A stretch of DNA of 64,000 nt, from NCBI RefSeq assembly GCF_021028975.2, contig NC_059430.1, positions 109,120,001-109,184,000 of the forward strand, given 5' to 3'. A model generated the notes under the pieces. The model was given only the letters and a program-made list of their open reading frames with translations. It was not told the DNA's origin and did no database searches. Below, piece by piece: positions 48,494-60,370 of the stretch; the stretch's first letter is position 1, and the number at the start of each line of letters is the position of its first letter. Origin of the DNA: Sphaerodactylus townsendi (Eukaryota). The translations under genes were made by a program, and so were the position numbers.

Positions 48494-49249
48494 TATTAAC
48501 CACAGGGACTTGCTGCTACTGAGACCTCGGGCTGAGGAGAGTAACACATGCACTTTGAGGGGGAAGGAGGAATCTGAGAGTCGGGAAAGCAAATGCCACC
48601 AAGATATGAGGCCTAACAGTCAAATGCACACCCCCCACCCAAACACCTATGGCCACCTGTCTACCAGGCAGCCCAAACTCAATTTCACAATTCATGCCAC
48701 TCTCTTGGCCTTTTATGCCAGGACTGAAAAGAATAAAAAGGTACTCTCATATGGCTGCCGAACTGTTTCTCCATCTAATCAGTTTACCTTGGGCAAAATC
48801 TCGTTCCTGAGCTTGCGATGCTCTGACCATAATCACCGCTTCTGGGGGAGGAGAGGCCCAGAAAGGGGCCGCCAGCCTGCTAGAACACTCATTAGCCTTG
48901 CTTTCTCAGAGGAAATTGTTGACTCTTTTTGCTCTTTACACCAAGGTGACCATACGTGACCATCTGTTTCACAAGACACCTTGTGCCACTGGCGGCAGCT
49001 CACTCCCTACAGGATGGTGCCAGGTCCCACACAAGCACCTAGTGTGTGTGACTCATTTGGACCTACAGAGCACTAAACCTCCACAGCATGCTCTCTCTTT
49101 GACTCTGTTATGTCTCACACTGTTAGGACTGATGCTAGCCAAGACCACCCATTCCCATCTGGTCATTCACAGCCTAGAGAGACCCAGCAAAGTTCACACC
49201 TGGATCTTCCTGGGAAGCACTCTCAATGGCAGCCGAGAACAACTTTTTA

Positions 49250-50420
49250 AAGATACTTTTTTTTTTATTTTACAGACAAAAATTACAGAAAAGGAGAAAA
49301 ACAATTAACAAATGAAAAATAAGTAAACACAGATGATAATAACACAACATGGATCTGCATTTATAATAAAGATGAGCTGTTATTGACTTGTATACTGATT
49401 AAAAAACAACCTTTATCATTCATCATTTCGAATTAGTTTTAATATAACATTCTCAATTACTATATATTTCTAAAAGCTAATAGATATGTATAATTTCATA
49501 CACATAGACAAAGATTACACGATTTTAAAAGGTCCATACTCTAATCAAGATGTTAAAATAGTACATACACGTAACTTAGAATTTTATATGTATATAAAAG
49601 GTACGCAATGTTTTTAGATACATAAACCATAACATCATAAATAACTATGTATATGTCTAAGTAAGTCTCTCTGCTATATAATACTTAAAAAATGGCTTAC
49701 ATGTCTTTTTAAATTCATGTTCTGGTCTTTGACAAAATTAGTCAGTTTAGCCATGCTAAAATACTCTCTCATTTTGACTTCCCAGTTTTCTTGCACAGGA
49801 AATCTTTCCATTTTCCAACTGGATGCAACAGTGACCCTTGCTGCAGTTAATAAGTACAGAAATAATTCTTGTTTTTTTGGTAGACTGTTTTTTTAAAGTA
49901 CCTAACAGCATAATTTTTGGGTCCATTTGAAATTGAATAATTTTTTTGCATTTCTGCGTGTATCATTATCCAACATTTTTTACTAGCAGAGAACAACTTG
50001 ACAACTTCCACTGATTTTTATCTAACCAGTAGGAGAGCGCTTCCACCGTTTTCAGTGCTTTGATTTTGGTGATGATGTAAATTTTCTTGGATATTTTTAA
50101 TGGAGAAATGGTCAACCAACTAGAAGGCCATTCACTACAATGGCTTCTGCTCTTTATAGAGTTTTCTTCCTGCTCAGGGGTTGCCCAAGCGCTAGCCAAG
50201 TTTCTTCCAGAAGTCCTATCTCTGTGGGAAACCTTTCCTTTCAGGGGCTGGGATATAATATCTCCTTTCAATCACTAGCTTGGAGCTGTATTTGATTGAT
50301 GAGCTCCACTCTAGCAAGAACATTTTTACAGTAACAACTGTTATCGACAGCTTCTGGGCTTATCAGAGATGTCTGAGAAATGCCCTCATGAAAATATGTG
50401 ACTATTTTGTGCCTTGTAAA
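49250..50420 (-). mobile_element. Degraded L1/Tx1-like LINE 3' fragment
   Basis: T-run boundary, AT-rich 3'UTR-like stretch and a decayed ORF2-like segment. Confidence 0.45.
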
Positions 50421-50436
50421 CTGGATAGACCTAGAA

Positions 50437-50527
50437 CAGGGGTAGGGAACCAATTGGCCATGCTGACAGAGGCTGATGGGAATTGTAGTTCCTGAACATC
50501 TGGAGAGCCGCAGGTTCCCTACCCCTG
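50437..50527. mobile_element. Internally deleted hAT MITE
   Basis: Terminal inverted repeats; TSD ACCTAGAA. Confidence 0.85.
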
Positions 50528-53432
50528 ACCTAGAAGGAGTGTGCCAATTCGGCTTGGGGTGCTTTGGGCTGTTCGATGCAATTGGGAGAGGGAAGAAAGA
50601 ACATCAGAAGGCGACCTCACTGTGGAGACAGATCCTACAAGCCTGACAAGACAAGGGACGCTTCCAAAGCTCCGAAGGGGCTGATGGCTGCCATGGAGAC
50701 TGGAAAACGACAAGCCCCAAGGCCCAAAGCTGCTCGCTAATGACACACATGGTTGGCCCAGCAACAGCCTCTTTAGGTTTCCCTCAGAGGGGAAAGTGGA
50801 GCCACAGACAAACGTCAAGAACAGAAACATACAGCCTACCAACAAGGGCTAGCCAACGCCCAGTAAACAACTCTGCATGAAGCTTAGCTTGAGAGGATTA
50901 GATAATTCACAAAGCCATCCCCACACCTTTCAGTGGCTTCTTCTGAATTATTTGCTTGGGGATGGGAGAGATGTAAAGACATAAAAAGAGCACTAGGCCC
51001 CTCCAGCCTCAACCCCTAAAGATACTGCTCAACATCTGCTAGCATACTGTACAAGTCCAAGTGGTGCTGTTGGCTGTACCAAAACAGATGGCCCCAGTGG
51101 AAATGCAGCCCAAACAAAAGACCAAGGCTGTATCTGGTTGCATTGCATGTTTTTCACCCTCTTGTGATAAAAAAACATTCATTGTATTCTGAGCATCCCA
51201 AGTTCTCCACATTCTACAACCAAATGAGCTGTTGAAAGGCCTCCAATTCCCTTGTCTTGCAGAACTGGACAAGGAGAACAGGGCAGCTCCCCACATAGTG
51301 ACAGAGTGGAGAGAAGTCATTCAGTCATCTGTCCACACCTCCACCCCCTGTTATGGTTCGTCCTGAACTGAGAATACTGGGCAAGCCACCTTAACTTTCG
51401 TTAGGAATGGAATTTCAGGCAGTCCTGCTGTTAGAACATTCACCCTACCACCCTTTCAGTCTCAGACAAATCACATCATTCCTCCAAATAAACCCACCTG
51501 GTTCTGCTCACTCACCTGGCTCACTTGACACCTACGGGGAAGCCCTGCTTGCCTGTCTGAGCAACTTCTCATTACCTTCAACACTAGCAGAATAGGTGTC
51601 CCGTGGGGAGCCCTCTTCTCCGCCCAGGCAGAGACGGCACCAACCGAGTTGAGTGGTAGGGATGGAGGGATTTGGTTCCCTGATTTTGCAGGCAGTAAAT
51701 ATTCCCTCCCTACTTGGGGCTCAGCCCATTGCTAAGAAAGGGATGTGCGTGCTGTGCGCTTGCAGTCATTGTGTCTGCATGCTGCAGAGTCATTGTGTGG
51801 GATGTGTGTGCGTGCTTGCAAAGTCACAAAAGCTTCATGAAGAATTTCAGCCTTCCTGATTGTACTGGTTAAGAGTGGTGGACTCTAGTCTGGTGAACTG
51901 GGTTTGTTTCCCTTCTCCTGCACATGATGGGTGACGTTGAGCTAGTCACAGTTCTTCTAAATTCATCTACCTCACAAGGTGTCTGCTATGGGGAGGGGAA
52001 GGGAGGGAGTTTGTAAGCTACTTCGAGGCTCCTGAAAGGTTGAGAAAGGTAGTGTATGAAAACCAACTCTTCCTCCTTCTCTAAAAGACCTACACAAAGC
52101 AAAATAACAACACCAACCTCAGAAGAATCCTCAGTTGTATCATATTATGTTGAAAAGGTAGGCAGGCTGGTGACCCAAAGTTTTCTGAGTTCTGGACCAA
52201 GACCTTGAGAAAGTGCTCCTGTGGTGCCAAGCTTAGGTTGTACAGGATTTTCCTGTCAGCTTACCAAATGTTTTGCAATCACATAAATGGACGGACGGCC
52301 CAACCATTTTTAAACACACGTCTGAGGTGCTTGCTTCCATTCAGACATAGCACGCAGTCAGATGGGTTTCCAAAAGGGGAAGATAGAAGCTTCCAGCTAG
52401 GCCAGTGATATTACATAGCAAAACTCCAGGATATAAATGGTAGCTTCAAGGATGATGGTCACAAGCATAAGCAGCTTTAAAAGGGTATTAGACAGATTAA
52501 TAGAGGACACGTCTATCAGTGGCTACTGGCCATGGTGACTAAAGGGAATCCCACATTCAGGAACAGTAAACATCTGAATACCAGTGCCAGGAAGGGAAGC
52601 AATATCAGGTGAAGGTCTCAGCCTTCAAGCCCTGTTGTTGGCACTCCATAGTAATTGATTGGTCACTTGGAATTCCAGTCCCCAGGTGGGAAATGGGGAT
52701 CCTCTGGAATTACAGCTCACCAACTTCTGTCAGGCTGGGGGAGGTGAAAATGTAGATCATTTTTGGACAAAGAAAGAAAAATACATTCTTCAGGAAAGGT
52801 GGCAATTTCAAGGGAGTTGGTGGGTGTGTAGAGATTATATTGCTCTCAATTCAGCCTTTTTAGAACTTGAAGTTTAAGCAGGGCTGGTCATGGTTAGTAT
52901 GGGAGATCATGGATGGGAGATCACCAATGAAGACCAGGATTGCTATGCAGTAGAAGGCAATGGAAAAGCACCTCTGTTCATTGGTTGCCTTGAAAACCCC
53001 ATACACCTGGGGTCACCATGAGTCAGTTGCAGCTACGCAGCAAACAATTATAAAGGCAAGATGTCCCATTTGACTCTGTACTGAGCACAGGCTGGTTTAC
53101 AGCACCCCTTCCCAATCCACTTCCTTCAAAAGGGCCACTGCACAACTCTGCTCATGTTGTTTCAGTAAGACTTTGCCAAAACAACCTCCATTCTACCTGC
53201 TACCCAGTTTCATCACTGGGGCCATTCGCTTCCTGGGCCTGAAGCAGGGCTGGTATAATTGCAGTAACAGGCCCGCCCCAATTAATTATTCACTCCCTCC
53301 TTCCCTGGGGAACTGTAGTCACTGGGGACCCTGAAGAGCATAGAAACCACAACAGATCACGGCAGCAGCTGGGAAACCTGTAGCGAGGCAGGAAATACAG
53401 CCGGCAGATAGCAAATGCAATCTTTTGGTCTT

Positions 53433-53438
53433 TTTATT
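53433..53438 (-). terminator. SF3A3: Candidate distal poly(A) signal of SF3A3 (proximal candidate at 54485-54490)
   Basis: AATAAA on the minus strand downstream of the stop codon. Confidence 0.45.
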
Positions 53439-54642
53439 CTGCAAACCAGAGCATCAACAACCTTATAAATTTACCTTCATTTTTAGCTAGATTGTAAACT
53501 TCATCTGACCCTTCACCAGCTAACTCTGGTTGCGCAGTTGCAGAAATCAGACTTCCCAAAAAAACGCAGCCCTGCCTGCTCTCCAAGAGGGGACCTCTCT
53601 GACCACACATTCAACTTTCAATAGAGCATGAAATTGAGGCCCAAGTGAGAGGAGCCACATGATCATCATCAGCTGCCGAACACGGCAGGCTGTAGAAACA
53701 GAACCTTCTCAAGTGACTCCAGTTGCAGCCAGGCTTAATAAAAGTTGCCATAGGACATGATTAACTACAGTCGAAGTACAGAAATGGGCCTTCTGAGGGC
53801 CCCCACCCACTGCCTTCTCAAGGTTTTCTTCATCACAGAGGCAAGTTACTTAAGGCACTATCTGTTGCAATTGTGCATGTTCTTCTGAGCAGAAAAATAA
53901 TGCCTGGAGCTTACTGTGTAAAACATTGGCACCCCGTTGTTTGGGAGAGCAACACTGCTGTAGCACTTCTGCCAATGACACAGGAATAATTCAGTTGCCT
54001 TCTGGGGTGTGGCAAAGGAACAGCAAGGGGTGGAGGGCACAAACCCTGCCAGATTCCAGGAACTCCATGACCCTAGTATGCTATGCTATGGAAAGGGAAG
54101 CCAAGATGGCAACTCTCTAAAGTTCAAATAAAACTGTTCTTAATGGTAAACAGTTCTATGTTGGGCAGAGGGAATTTGGATTGGAATCTAATAAAGAGGA
54201 GAGAGATCCTCTTTAAATGCCACATGGATGACAGGCTTTGGAGCATATCCAGAACAAAGCTCCCAAGGAACCACAACCAGGCCACAATTTGACCAGTTTT
54301 CCTCAGAACAGTTGAAGAGAGATAAGGGGGAGGGGGAGGGGGGCAGGGAGAGCCATTGTAGATTTTAGTTTACCAGAAGGAAGTGATGCACACGCAAGTC
54401 TGGTAAAGAGTCTGGATGAAGTGCTCCATGAAATCAAGTTACAAACCAAACAAGATGCCCATTCTTTTTGTCTTGACACTAACATTTATTTCCATTTTAA
54501 AAAAACGCCTTATTTCACAATCCACCTTGCTAACATCCAGGAAGCTCCTGTTCACAAAAAGAAGGAAATATATCATTCAGAGGGAGGGAGTTGTATGGGA
54601 GAAGAATGACGAAAAGGTGCATGGAGCCAATGTCCACTTCCA

Positions 54643-54720
54643 TCACAGTAGGCCCTGGCGTTTCAAATCTTCATAGGTCTTTTTGTTGACCACATTTCCG
54701 CTGGAATCCTCGTATTCCTC
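54643..54720 (-). CDS. SF3A3: SF3A3 exon 17 (stop)
   Basis: 78 nt, EEYEDSSGNVVNKKTYEDLKRQGLL*. Confidence 0.96.
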   Translation of the reverse strand, partial: EEYEDSSGNVVNKKTYEDLKRQGLL

Positions 54721-55140
54721 CTGAGAAGAAGAAAGAAGAAGCTTGTTAGGTTCAAGGTGAAGGGCTGTGTAAGAAGAACAGAACTGAGCCATTAGGAGGT
54801 TTGGTCTGAATCTGTGCTCTTGCCAAAGAAGATAGGAAAAGACAAGGGACATTAGTTCTCCTTGCTCATGTCCATCTTTTGGTTGTCCTTGCTAAAATAA
54901 TGTGTCATAGACATGTGTAGGACATCAACAGTGACATCCTCCTTCCCTAAGGCATCAATATGGTCTGATCACGTGTTCTCTCTAAAAGAGGATGGGAGAA
55001 GAGGGCACTGGTTTTCCTTGCTCTTAACCACTATCCGACTGCTACTCTCACTGCTGCTTTTTGCTAGAGAATAGAGAGGCATCAACCCTGGCATTCCCCT
55101 TTCCTAAGGCATCAATAAAGCATCTCTGGTTTTTGCTTAC

Positions 55141-55196
55141 CTCTGTGTCTGGTTGCCATCTCTCTGATGCCTTCTGTTGCTTTAGCTTCGCCCACA
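55141..55196 (-). CDS. SF3A3: SF3A3 exon 16
   Basis: 56 nt, WAKLKQQKASERWQPDTE. Confidence 0.95.
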
Positions 55197-55908
55197 CTGG
55201 AACACACAGAAACAAAGTCAGATGATCCCACTGGCCCTGCCATTTGCCCCAAACCTCACTTCCTACCCCCTCCCCACTAAGCAAGTGGGGTCTCAGTGAG
55301 GGTTTCTGTCACTTTAATTACAAAAAAATAATCATTTCTAGCTCAGCTAGTACATAAAACTGTATCAATTCATATATTTACAGAATTTACAAGTATAAGT
55401 TAGCTTTCTACAAACAAAACTGCAAATACACCCAATAATAAATTGAAATAGCGCTGAAAGCTGTGGCATCTTACTGTTGCATTAGTACATCTCACTCATT
55501 TCAAAAGGAATAAAAAGCATTTCACTATCATTACCAAAAGGGAAAAATTGATAGGAATTTTCTTCTGCATTTGTCCAAATTTCCCAGTTTTTCAACATGA
55601 AAAACTGAAAGATCTCTTCGGCTTTTTTAAAGTTAATGATTTTTTTCTGTTCTTTTTTCCAGGCCTTTGTACATTTAGTGTTAGTTCCTCAGGTGGAAAG
55701 CTTTGCTCTGGGCCTGAAAGTTGCATCTGCTGCCGAGGCCAAAGCTGACCTTCTCACGTGACCCAACACACATCATCAAAGAAAAATGGAAACACCATTA
55801 ACTCTCTTGACAGGACAGAGGTTAGAATGCATCTCTCAGTGCCAGACACCGTATCTAACAACCCAGGTACAGCCAAATGCCTCAAAGGGCATGTGCACAG
55901 CCACTTAC

Positions 55909-55999
55909 AAGAAACGGCATCTTCAATCTGTGTGACATTTGCAAAATGAGCTGTGTTGGGGATGCCCAGGCATCGCATCCCGTGAGCGTGGCGCCACTC
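55909..55999 (-). CDS. SF3A3: SF3A3 exon 15
   Basis: 91 nt, [30 protein letters not shown]. Confidence 0.96.
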
Positions 56000-56290
56000 C
56001 TGTACAGCAGCAAAGGGTATAGAGAAGAGGATTTAGCACACTATATTTATTTCCCATCAAACCAGTCTAGAGTAGTGGCAACCAGAAAACCAGGCCCAAG
56101 ACATGGCTAGGAGCTGCTGTTGACCAGTTTAGCAGCTGAATATTGACTAGTTTAGCAGCAAGACTTTCTTTAGCTGTCACAATCTGGAACTCCTGCTGTG
56201 CAGAAGCCCCAAACCTTAACTGATGAGGCCTCCCACAGTGACTCTTAACTTTGCAGTGGACCCAACAAAACCATCCAACAGCACCCCTAC

Positions 56291-56401
56291 CGCAAAGTGT
56301 CGCTGGAATGCTTTGGGCCCCCGATACGTGTAATTCCCACAGATCTCACAGTTGTAATTTATGTTCAGGCCATGGAGCTTGTAGAGCCAGTAGGGGATGG
56401 G
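56291..56401 (-). CDS. SF3A3: SF3A3 exon 14 (matrin-type zinc finger)
   Basis: 111 nt, [37 protein letters not shown]. Confidence 0.97.
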
Positions 56402-56877
56402 CTGAAAGACAAGACAGAATGTAAAAAGGAGGTTAGAAGAGGATAAAAACATAAGAGACTTGTGGATCAGGCCACTGGACCACTGCGTCCAGCATCTCAT
56501 TTCACACAGTAGCCAGGAAGTTAACACATAGAGCCAACAACAGGGTACAAAGGCTGAGACCTTCTCCTGATGTTGGCTTCTGGCAGTGGTATTCAGAGGT
56601 TGCCTGCTCTGAATGTGGAGGCTCCCTTTATTTGCCATGGGCAGTAACCAATATTCTCTACAATTTGTGTGGCCACATATTGATGCCGCGCAGTTCAGGC
56701 AGGCACGAGCAGGGAAATCTCCTGCAGGCAACTCAGTTCCACACAGAGGTAGGAAACTTCCACGTGGTTCCCTGCTGTGGTTAGAGAGACTACTGCTAGT
56801 AACCACTGATGAACCTGTTCTCCAGGATGCTAGGTATGTTCCGGAAAGGCCACTGGTTCCTCTCAGCCACCCCTTAC

Positions 56878-57042
56878 CTTGCCATCCCAGCCCAGGGGCA
56901 AGTTCTTGGGATTGTATATGATCTCGTTCTCTTCGTCCTCGCTCTCACTCTCACTGATCTGCTCCTCCTCTTCTTCTTCGCGCTCCTCGCCCGTCCGTGC
57001 CTGCTTGCGCTGCACATTTTCATGTGTCAGCTGACGCTGCTC
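56878..57042 (-). CDS. SF3A3: SF3A3 exon 13
   Basis: 165 nt, [20 protein letters not shown]...[13 protein letters not shown]. Confidence 0.96.
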
Positions 57043-57139
57043 CTGCCGGGGGAAAAAAGAGCCTGGAAATGCAATTCACTTGTGGCAACAACCGCAGGGC
57101 CACACTGCTACGACTAGGGAAAGTGACGTAGGTACTTAC

Positions 57140-57209
57140 TCCAAGAATTTCCACATATTCATAGATCTGAGCCTCCAGGAAGGCCAAGTCTTTGTTCCTC
57201 TCAGTGTCC
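57140..57209 (-). CDS. SF3A3: SF3A3 exon 12
   Basis: 70 nt, DTERNKDLAFLEAQIYEYVEILG. Confidence 0.95.
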
Positions 57210-57391
57210 CTGTCAAGACAACAGGACTGATTTGAGCCAGCTGCAGCTAGCGAGCGCCCCCTCCCTTTAACAGCTGCCCAAGGGAAAGGGATCAAGGCAA
57301 AACACGGAAGCAAAGGCAGTAAGTGGTAGCCAAAAGTAGGCACGTAAAACTCACTCTGCCTAGCAGTAAAAGTGCAAATGATTCAACTCAC

Positions 57392-57499
57392 CGCTTGCTG
57401 CCTTTTGTCTTTGGGTTCTTAGCAAATAGGGAAGTGTCAAGAGCTTCCAGGGACTTGCCCTTGGTGCTGAACAGCCTCTGAGCACGCTCTTCTAGTGTC
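57392..57499 (-). CDS. SF3A3: SF3A3 exon 11
   Basis: 108 nt, TLEERAQRLFSTKGKSLE. Confidence 0.95.
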
Positions 57500-57653
57500 C
57501 TGGGCAAAATTGGAGAGGATGGAAGAAGAGAAAGACATGGGAACAGTCAGTTTTGGAAGTGATCCTGGAATCCTGAGACCCTACAGAGCTTTCACACTAA
57601 CACCAGCATTCCAACAGTAAAAGAAGCAGTCAGCAGCCAAATCCCTTACTTAC

Positions 57654-57721
57654 CCACCACATTTGAGTCCCAAAGCCAGAAGTGCAGATTTAAGCCTGTC
57701 CAGCCCAAGGGAGGCCAACTC
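57654..57721 (-). CDS. SF3A3: SF3A3 exon 10
   Basis: 68 nt, ELASLGLDRLKSALLALGLKCG. Confidence 0.95.
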
Positions 57722-57857
57722 CTGTGGATGCACCCAAAGGTAAAAATGCCCAGAGTTAACACAGCCTTAATTGGAGACAATCCAGACCTAACAGGAAGCC
57801 CCCAGTGCTCCACTATCTCCTTTCCACAATGAAAGAAGTACAAAATGAGAGACAAAC

Positions 57858-57926
57858 CTCCCAAGAAGAGAAGGCTGAGAGGTCCAGGTGGGCACCGGCA
57901 TGAGTGAGGGCACTGCTGGTTTCTTT
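57858..57926 (-). CDS. SF3A3: SF3A3 exon 9
   Basis: 69 nt, KETSSALTHAGAHLDLSAFSSWE. Confidence 0.95.
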
Positions 57927-58092
57927 CTGCCAAAAGAGGAAGAAATACAGGCGTACATCAGCCAAGGCCAGACATTCAAGCAGCTGTAAGGTGCCTACAA
58001 GGAATAGGCCTTGGAAAGGCCTGATGGAAAATCTGCCCTCTGGGGGCACTCATCCAGCTCCCGAACCACCAGGTTATCCCCAGGGTACTCAC

Positions 58093-58231
58093 TGGCCAGC
58101 CGGGGAATGTGCCGTTTTCCCACTTTTTTTCAAAATCAGCCTGGATCTTGCCGAAGAGCTCGTTCTGATCTAACAGTGGCTTGACCCGGTCTGTGTAATC
58201 CTGCAGATACTCTAGGAGCATCTCCAGATAC
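58093..58231 (-). CDS. SF3A3: SF3A3 exon 8
   Basis: 139 nt, YLEMLLEYLQDYTDRVKPLL...GTFPGWP. Confidence 0.96.
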
Positions 58232-58520
58232 CTGGAATGAATAAAGAATACAAAGAGGGGCTACTATCTCCACACTTGTGCAATGTTTCCCACAACCCCC
58301 AGTAGCAGAGATCTCTGCATGAAAACACTATGTGCCAAACACACAGTGTTACGTTTGCTTCTGATGGTTGCTAAGCACCACACAGAAGAAGCAGAAACTA
58401 TGTCCAGACATAGTTGCTGAAATAGCATAAACACATGACACAAATACGGAGCAGCTAAGGCCTGGACTATATACTGCAATTTCTCTTTTGCTCTTGCCTC
58501 TCCCCATAGGGTGCATTCAC

Positions 58521-58603
58521 CTCCTGTACTCTGCATTTTTCCTCTCCTTGGAAATGTCGAAGAGCTGGTCAAATGTTGAAAGGTATGTGATATAGTCCAA
58601 TTT
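58521..58603 (-). CDS. SF3A3: SF3A3 exon 7
   Basis: 83 nt, KLDYITYLSTFDQLFDISKERKNAEYR. Confidence 0.95.
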
Positions 58604-58776
58604 CTGCAACAGAGGATGAGAGAGAATCATCAGCCAACAGACTGAATAGGACAAAGATTTGTGGCTTTCATCTAATTAATCCTTTCTCCATACCATCTGA
58701 ACAAGCCCCTAGCAGACAAAGGAAGAAGTTACAAAATGTGTAGGGGAAGATGACAAGCGTGATCAGAACCTCTTAC

Positions 58777-58868
58777 CTCCGAGGACTTGAGATTAATGTA
58801 CTTGAGGTAACAATCATGTAGATCCAAGTAGCGGCCATATCCTTCCTCATCAGTGAACTCCACCAAAT
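58777..58868 (-). CDS. SF3A3: SF3A3 exon 6
   Basis: 92 nt, LVEFTDEEGYGRYLDLHDCY. Confidence 0.96.
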
Positions 58869-59042
58869 CTGCAGGAAGTAAACAAAGGCAGAGCATTAAA
58901 AACAGCTGCAATAAAAACTGGGGAAAGTCACTAGTGGAAAGAGGCCCGGCCAAAGTTGTTCTAGCTTGCTGTACACCAGAATCAAAGCTGGCTCTCTCCC
59001 AGATTAATTCAAAACAAAGATAGGTGGTCCAAGTTTACTTAC

Positions 59043-59115
59043 TCTGAGCCTCTTCGCTAGGGTTCTCTCGAGCTTTTAAGAGCTCCTCAAATTCTACCGA
59101 CATTGGAACACAGAT
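59043..59115 (-). CDS. SF3A3: SF3A3 exon 5
   Basis: 73 nt, ICVPMSVEFEELLKARENPSEEAQ. Confidence 0.95.
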
Positions 59116-59527
59116 CTATGAAAGAGAAATATGTTACTACTGCTGTTCGGAAAGATATGTCAGGCAATGAACACAAAAATAATGACCCTCAGCCTAAATG
59201 TTGCAATCTGTTTATTTGGCAAGGCGTAAAGCCAAGATGAAAAGTTTACGCTACAAAAGAAGAGGAAGGAGAATGAGACAACTGCAAATCTATGAAGTTC
59301 CCCAAGCAAACATAATATAGCAAGAAGGTCCAGGTGAAGTTTTGCAGAAGTGGCGGGTACCAGGGTAGAAGGTCAAGGGACAGCCTAACAGAGACAATGG
59401 GAGCAGCACAACTGAAATTTTGATGGTGGGGAGCAAAAGGGAAGCAACAAAAGCAGGAGACAAGAAAGAAGCACCAAGGCAGCACCCTTGAGACACAGGA
59501 GGCTCTAGGGTGGCAGCCCATCCTCAC

Positions 59528-59633
59528 CTCATTGGGGTGCTTCCGATGAAACTCTTTGATCTGCTTCAGGCGATTGTAAAACTCTGCAAATTCATTGGGC
59601 CCTGAAATGGCGCTGAGTTCCTCCTTCCGCAAC
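59528..59633 (-). CDS. SF3A3: SF3A3 exon 4
   Basis: 106 nt, LRKEELSAISGPNEFAEFYNRL. Confidence 0.96.
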
Positions 59634-59743
59634 CTGGAGACCCAAGAGATCACCTGAGCTATGCAAGTAGGACATGACAGCGAGCCCTGAGAATGGCAAG
59701 CCAAGGCAGCCTCCCAACCTAACTAACCCTCCATCTAACTTAC

Positions 59744-59796
59744 CCGTCCTTGTCATCGTACAGGTCTCTCAAGTTGCCGCTCACCTCCATGTAGCG
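59744..59796 (-). CDS. SF3A3: SF3A3 exon 3
   Basis: 53 nt, RYMEVSGNLRDLYDDKD. Confidence 0.95.
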
Positions 59797-59881
59797 CTGG
59801 AAAAAGAGAGCCATTAAGTGTGCTTATAGCCAGTCTAGCCTCTTCCCCGTCCCTGCCTCGGTTCCCTGAACTTCTACTTAC

Positions 59882-59929
59882 ATCCTGCATCGCTCTTGTG
59901 CGATGATCGGAGTTGATTTGGTCACGCAG
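59882..59929 (-). CDS. SF3A3: SF3A3 exon 2
   Basis: 48 nt, LRDQINSDHRTRAMQD. Confidence 0.95.
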
Positions 59930-60274
59930 CTGCAGGAGAAGGAATAAGAGAAAGAAAATATTTTAATATTATTTTTTTACATTTTAAAATGTTTATTTAT
60001 TAAGAATTCTCCATTAAATAGAAAACTAAGCTGGTGATTTTAATAATTTTTATTATTTACTAAAATACAGTTGAAAAGGATACAAACAAAATTCTAAGTC
60101 ACGAACTCCAAAACAATTATAACACATCATGTGTACAGGCTTAAAATTAAAACTTGCTAGATAGAAAAGTGTTTAGAAAGAGGGGTGATTTGGGGTGGGA
60201 GGGACCAGGGGGGAGCCTGCCTGCCTGCCTGCCCGCCCCCACCCCCGGCGCCCGAGGGGACCCCGGCCCAATAC

Positions 60275-60370
60275 CGTGGTCTTGCGCGTCAGCATCTCTT
60301 TGACCATGACGTCCATCAGCCGTTCGCGCTCCTCATGATACCGGCGCTGCTGCTCCAGAATGGTCTCCAT
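60275..60370 (-). CDS. SF3A3: SF3A3 exon 1
   Basis: 96 nt, METILEQQRRYHEERERLMD. Confidence 0.96.

Larger units (their letters stand above)
44393..48531 (-). other. Unnamed gene: predicted GPI-anchored glycoprotein with two 12-Cys Ly6/uPAR-like domains and a mucin-like linker (260 aa)
   Basis: 7 coding exons with canonical splice sites sum to 783 nt; signal peptide, two cysteine domains, Thr/Pro linker, hydrophobic C-terminal tail. Confidence 0.88.
54643..60370 (-). other. SF3A3: SF3A3 gene (splicing factor 3A subunit 3 / Prp9), 17 coding exons, 1506-nt CDS, 501 aa
   Basis: METILEQQRRYHEE...KKTYEDLKRQGLL*; all introns GT-AG and in phase. Confidence 0.98.

Noticed and set aside
54921-55117. 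Degenerate ~40-bp duplication (cctaaggcatcaata) in the last SF3A3 intron; similar short duplications at 19401-19438 and 62252-62315
   Set aside because: Ordinary local slippage or duplication with no sign of function
55685-55785. Possible C/D box snoRNA in SF3A3 intron 15 (TGATGA 55773-55778, CTGA 55689-55692)
   Set aside because: Weak terminal stem, no guide sequence I can match to rRNA or snRNA, and about 490 nt from the 3' splice site
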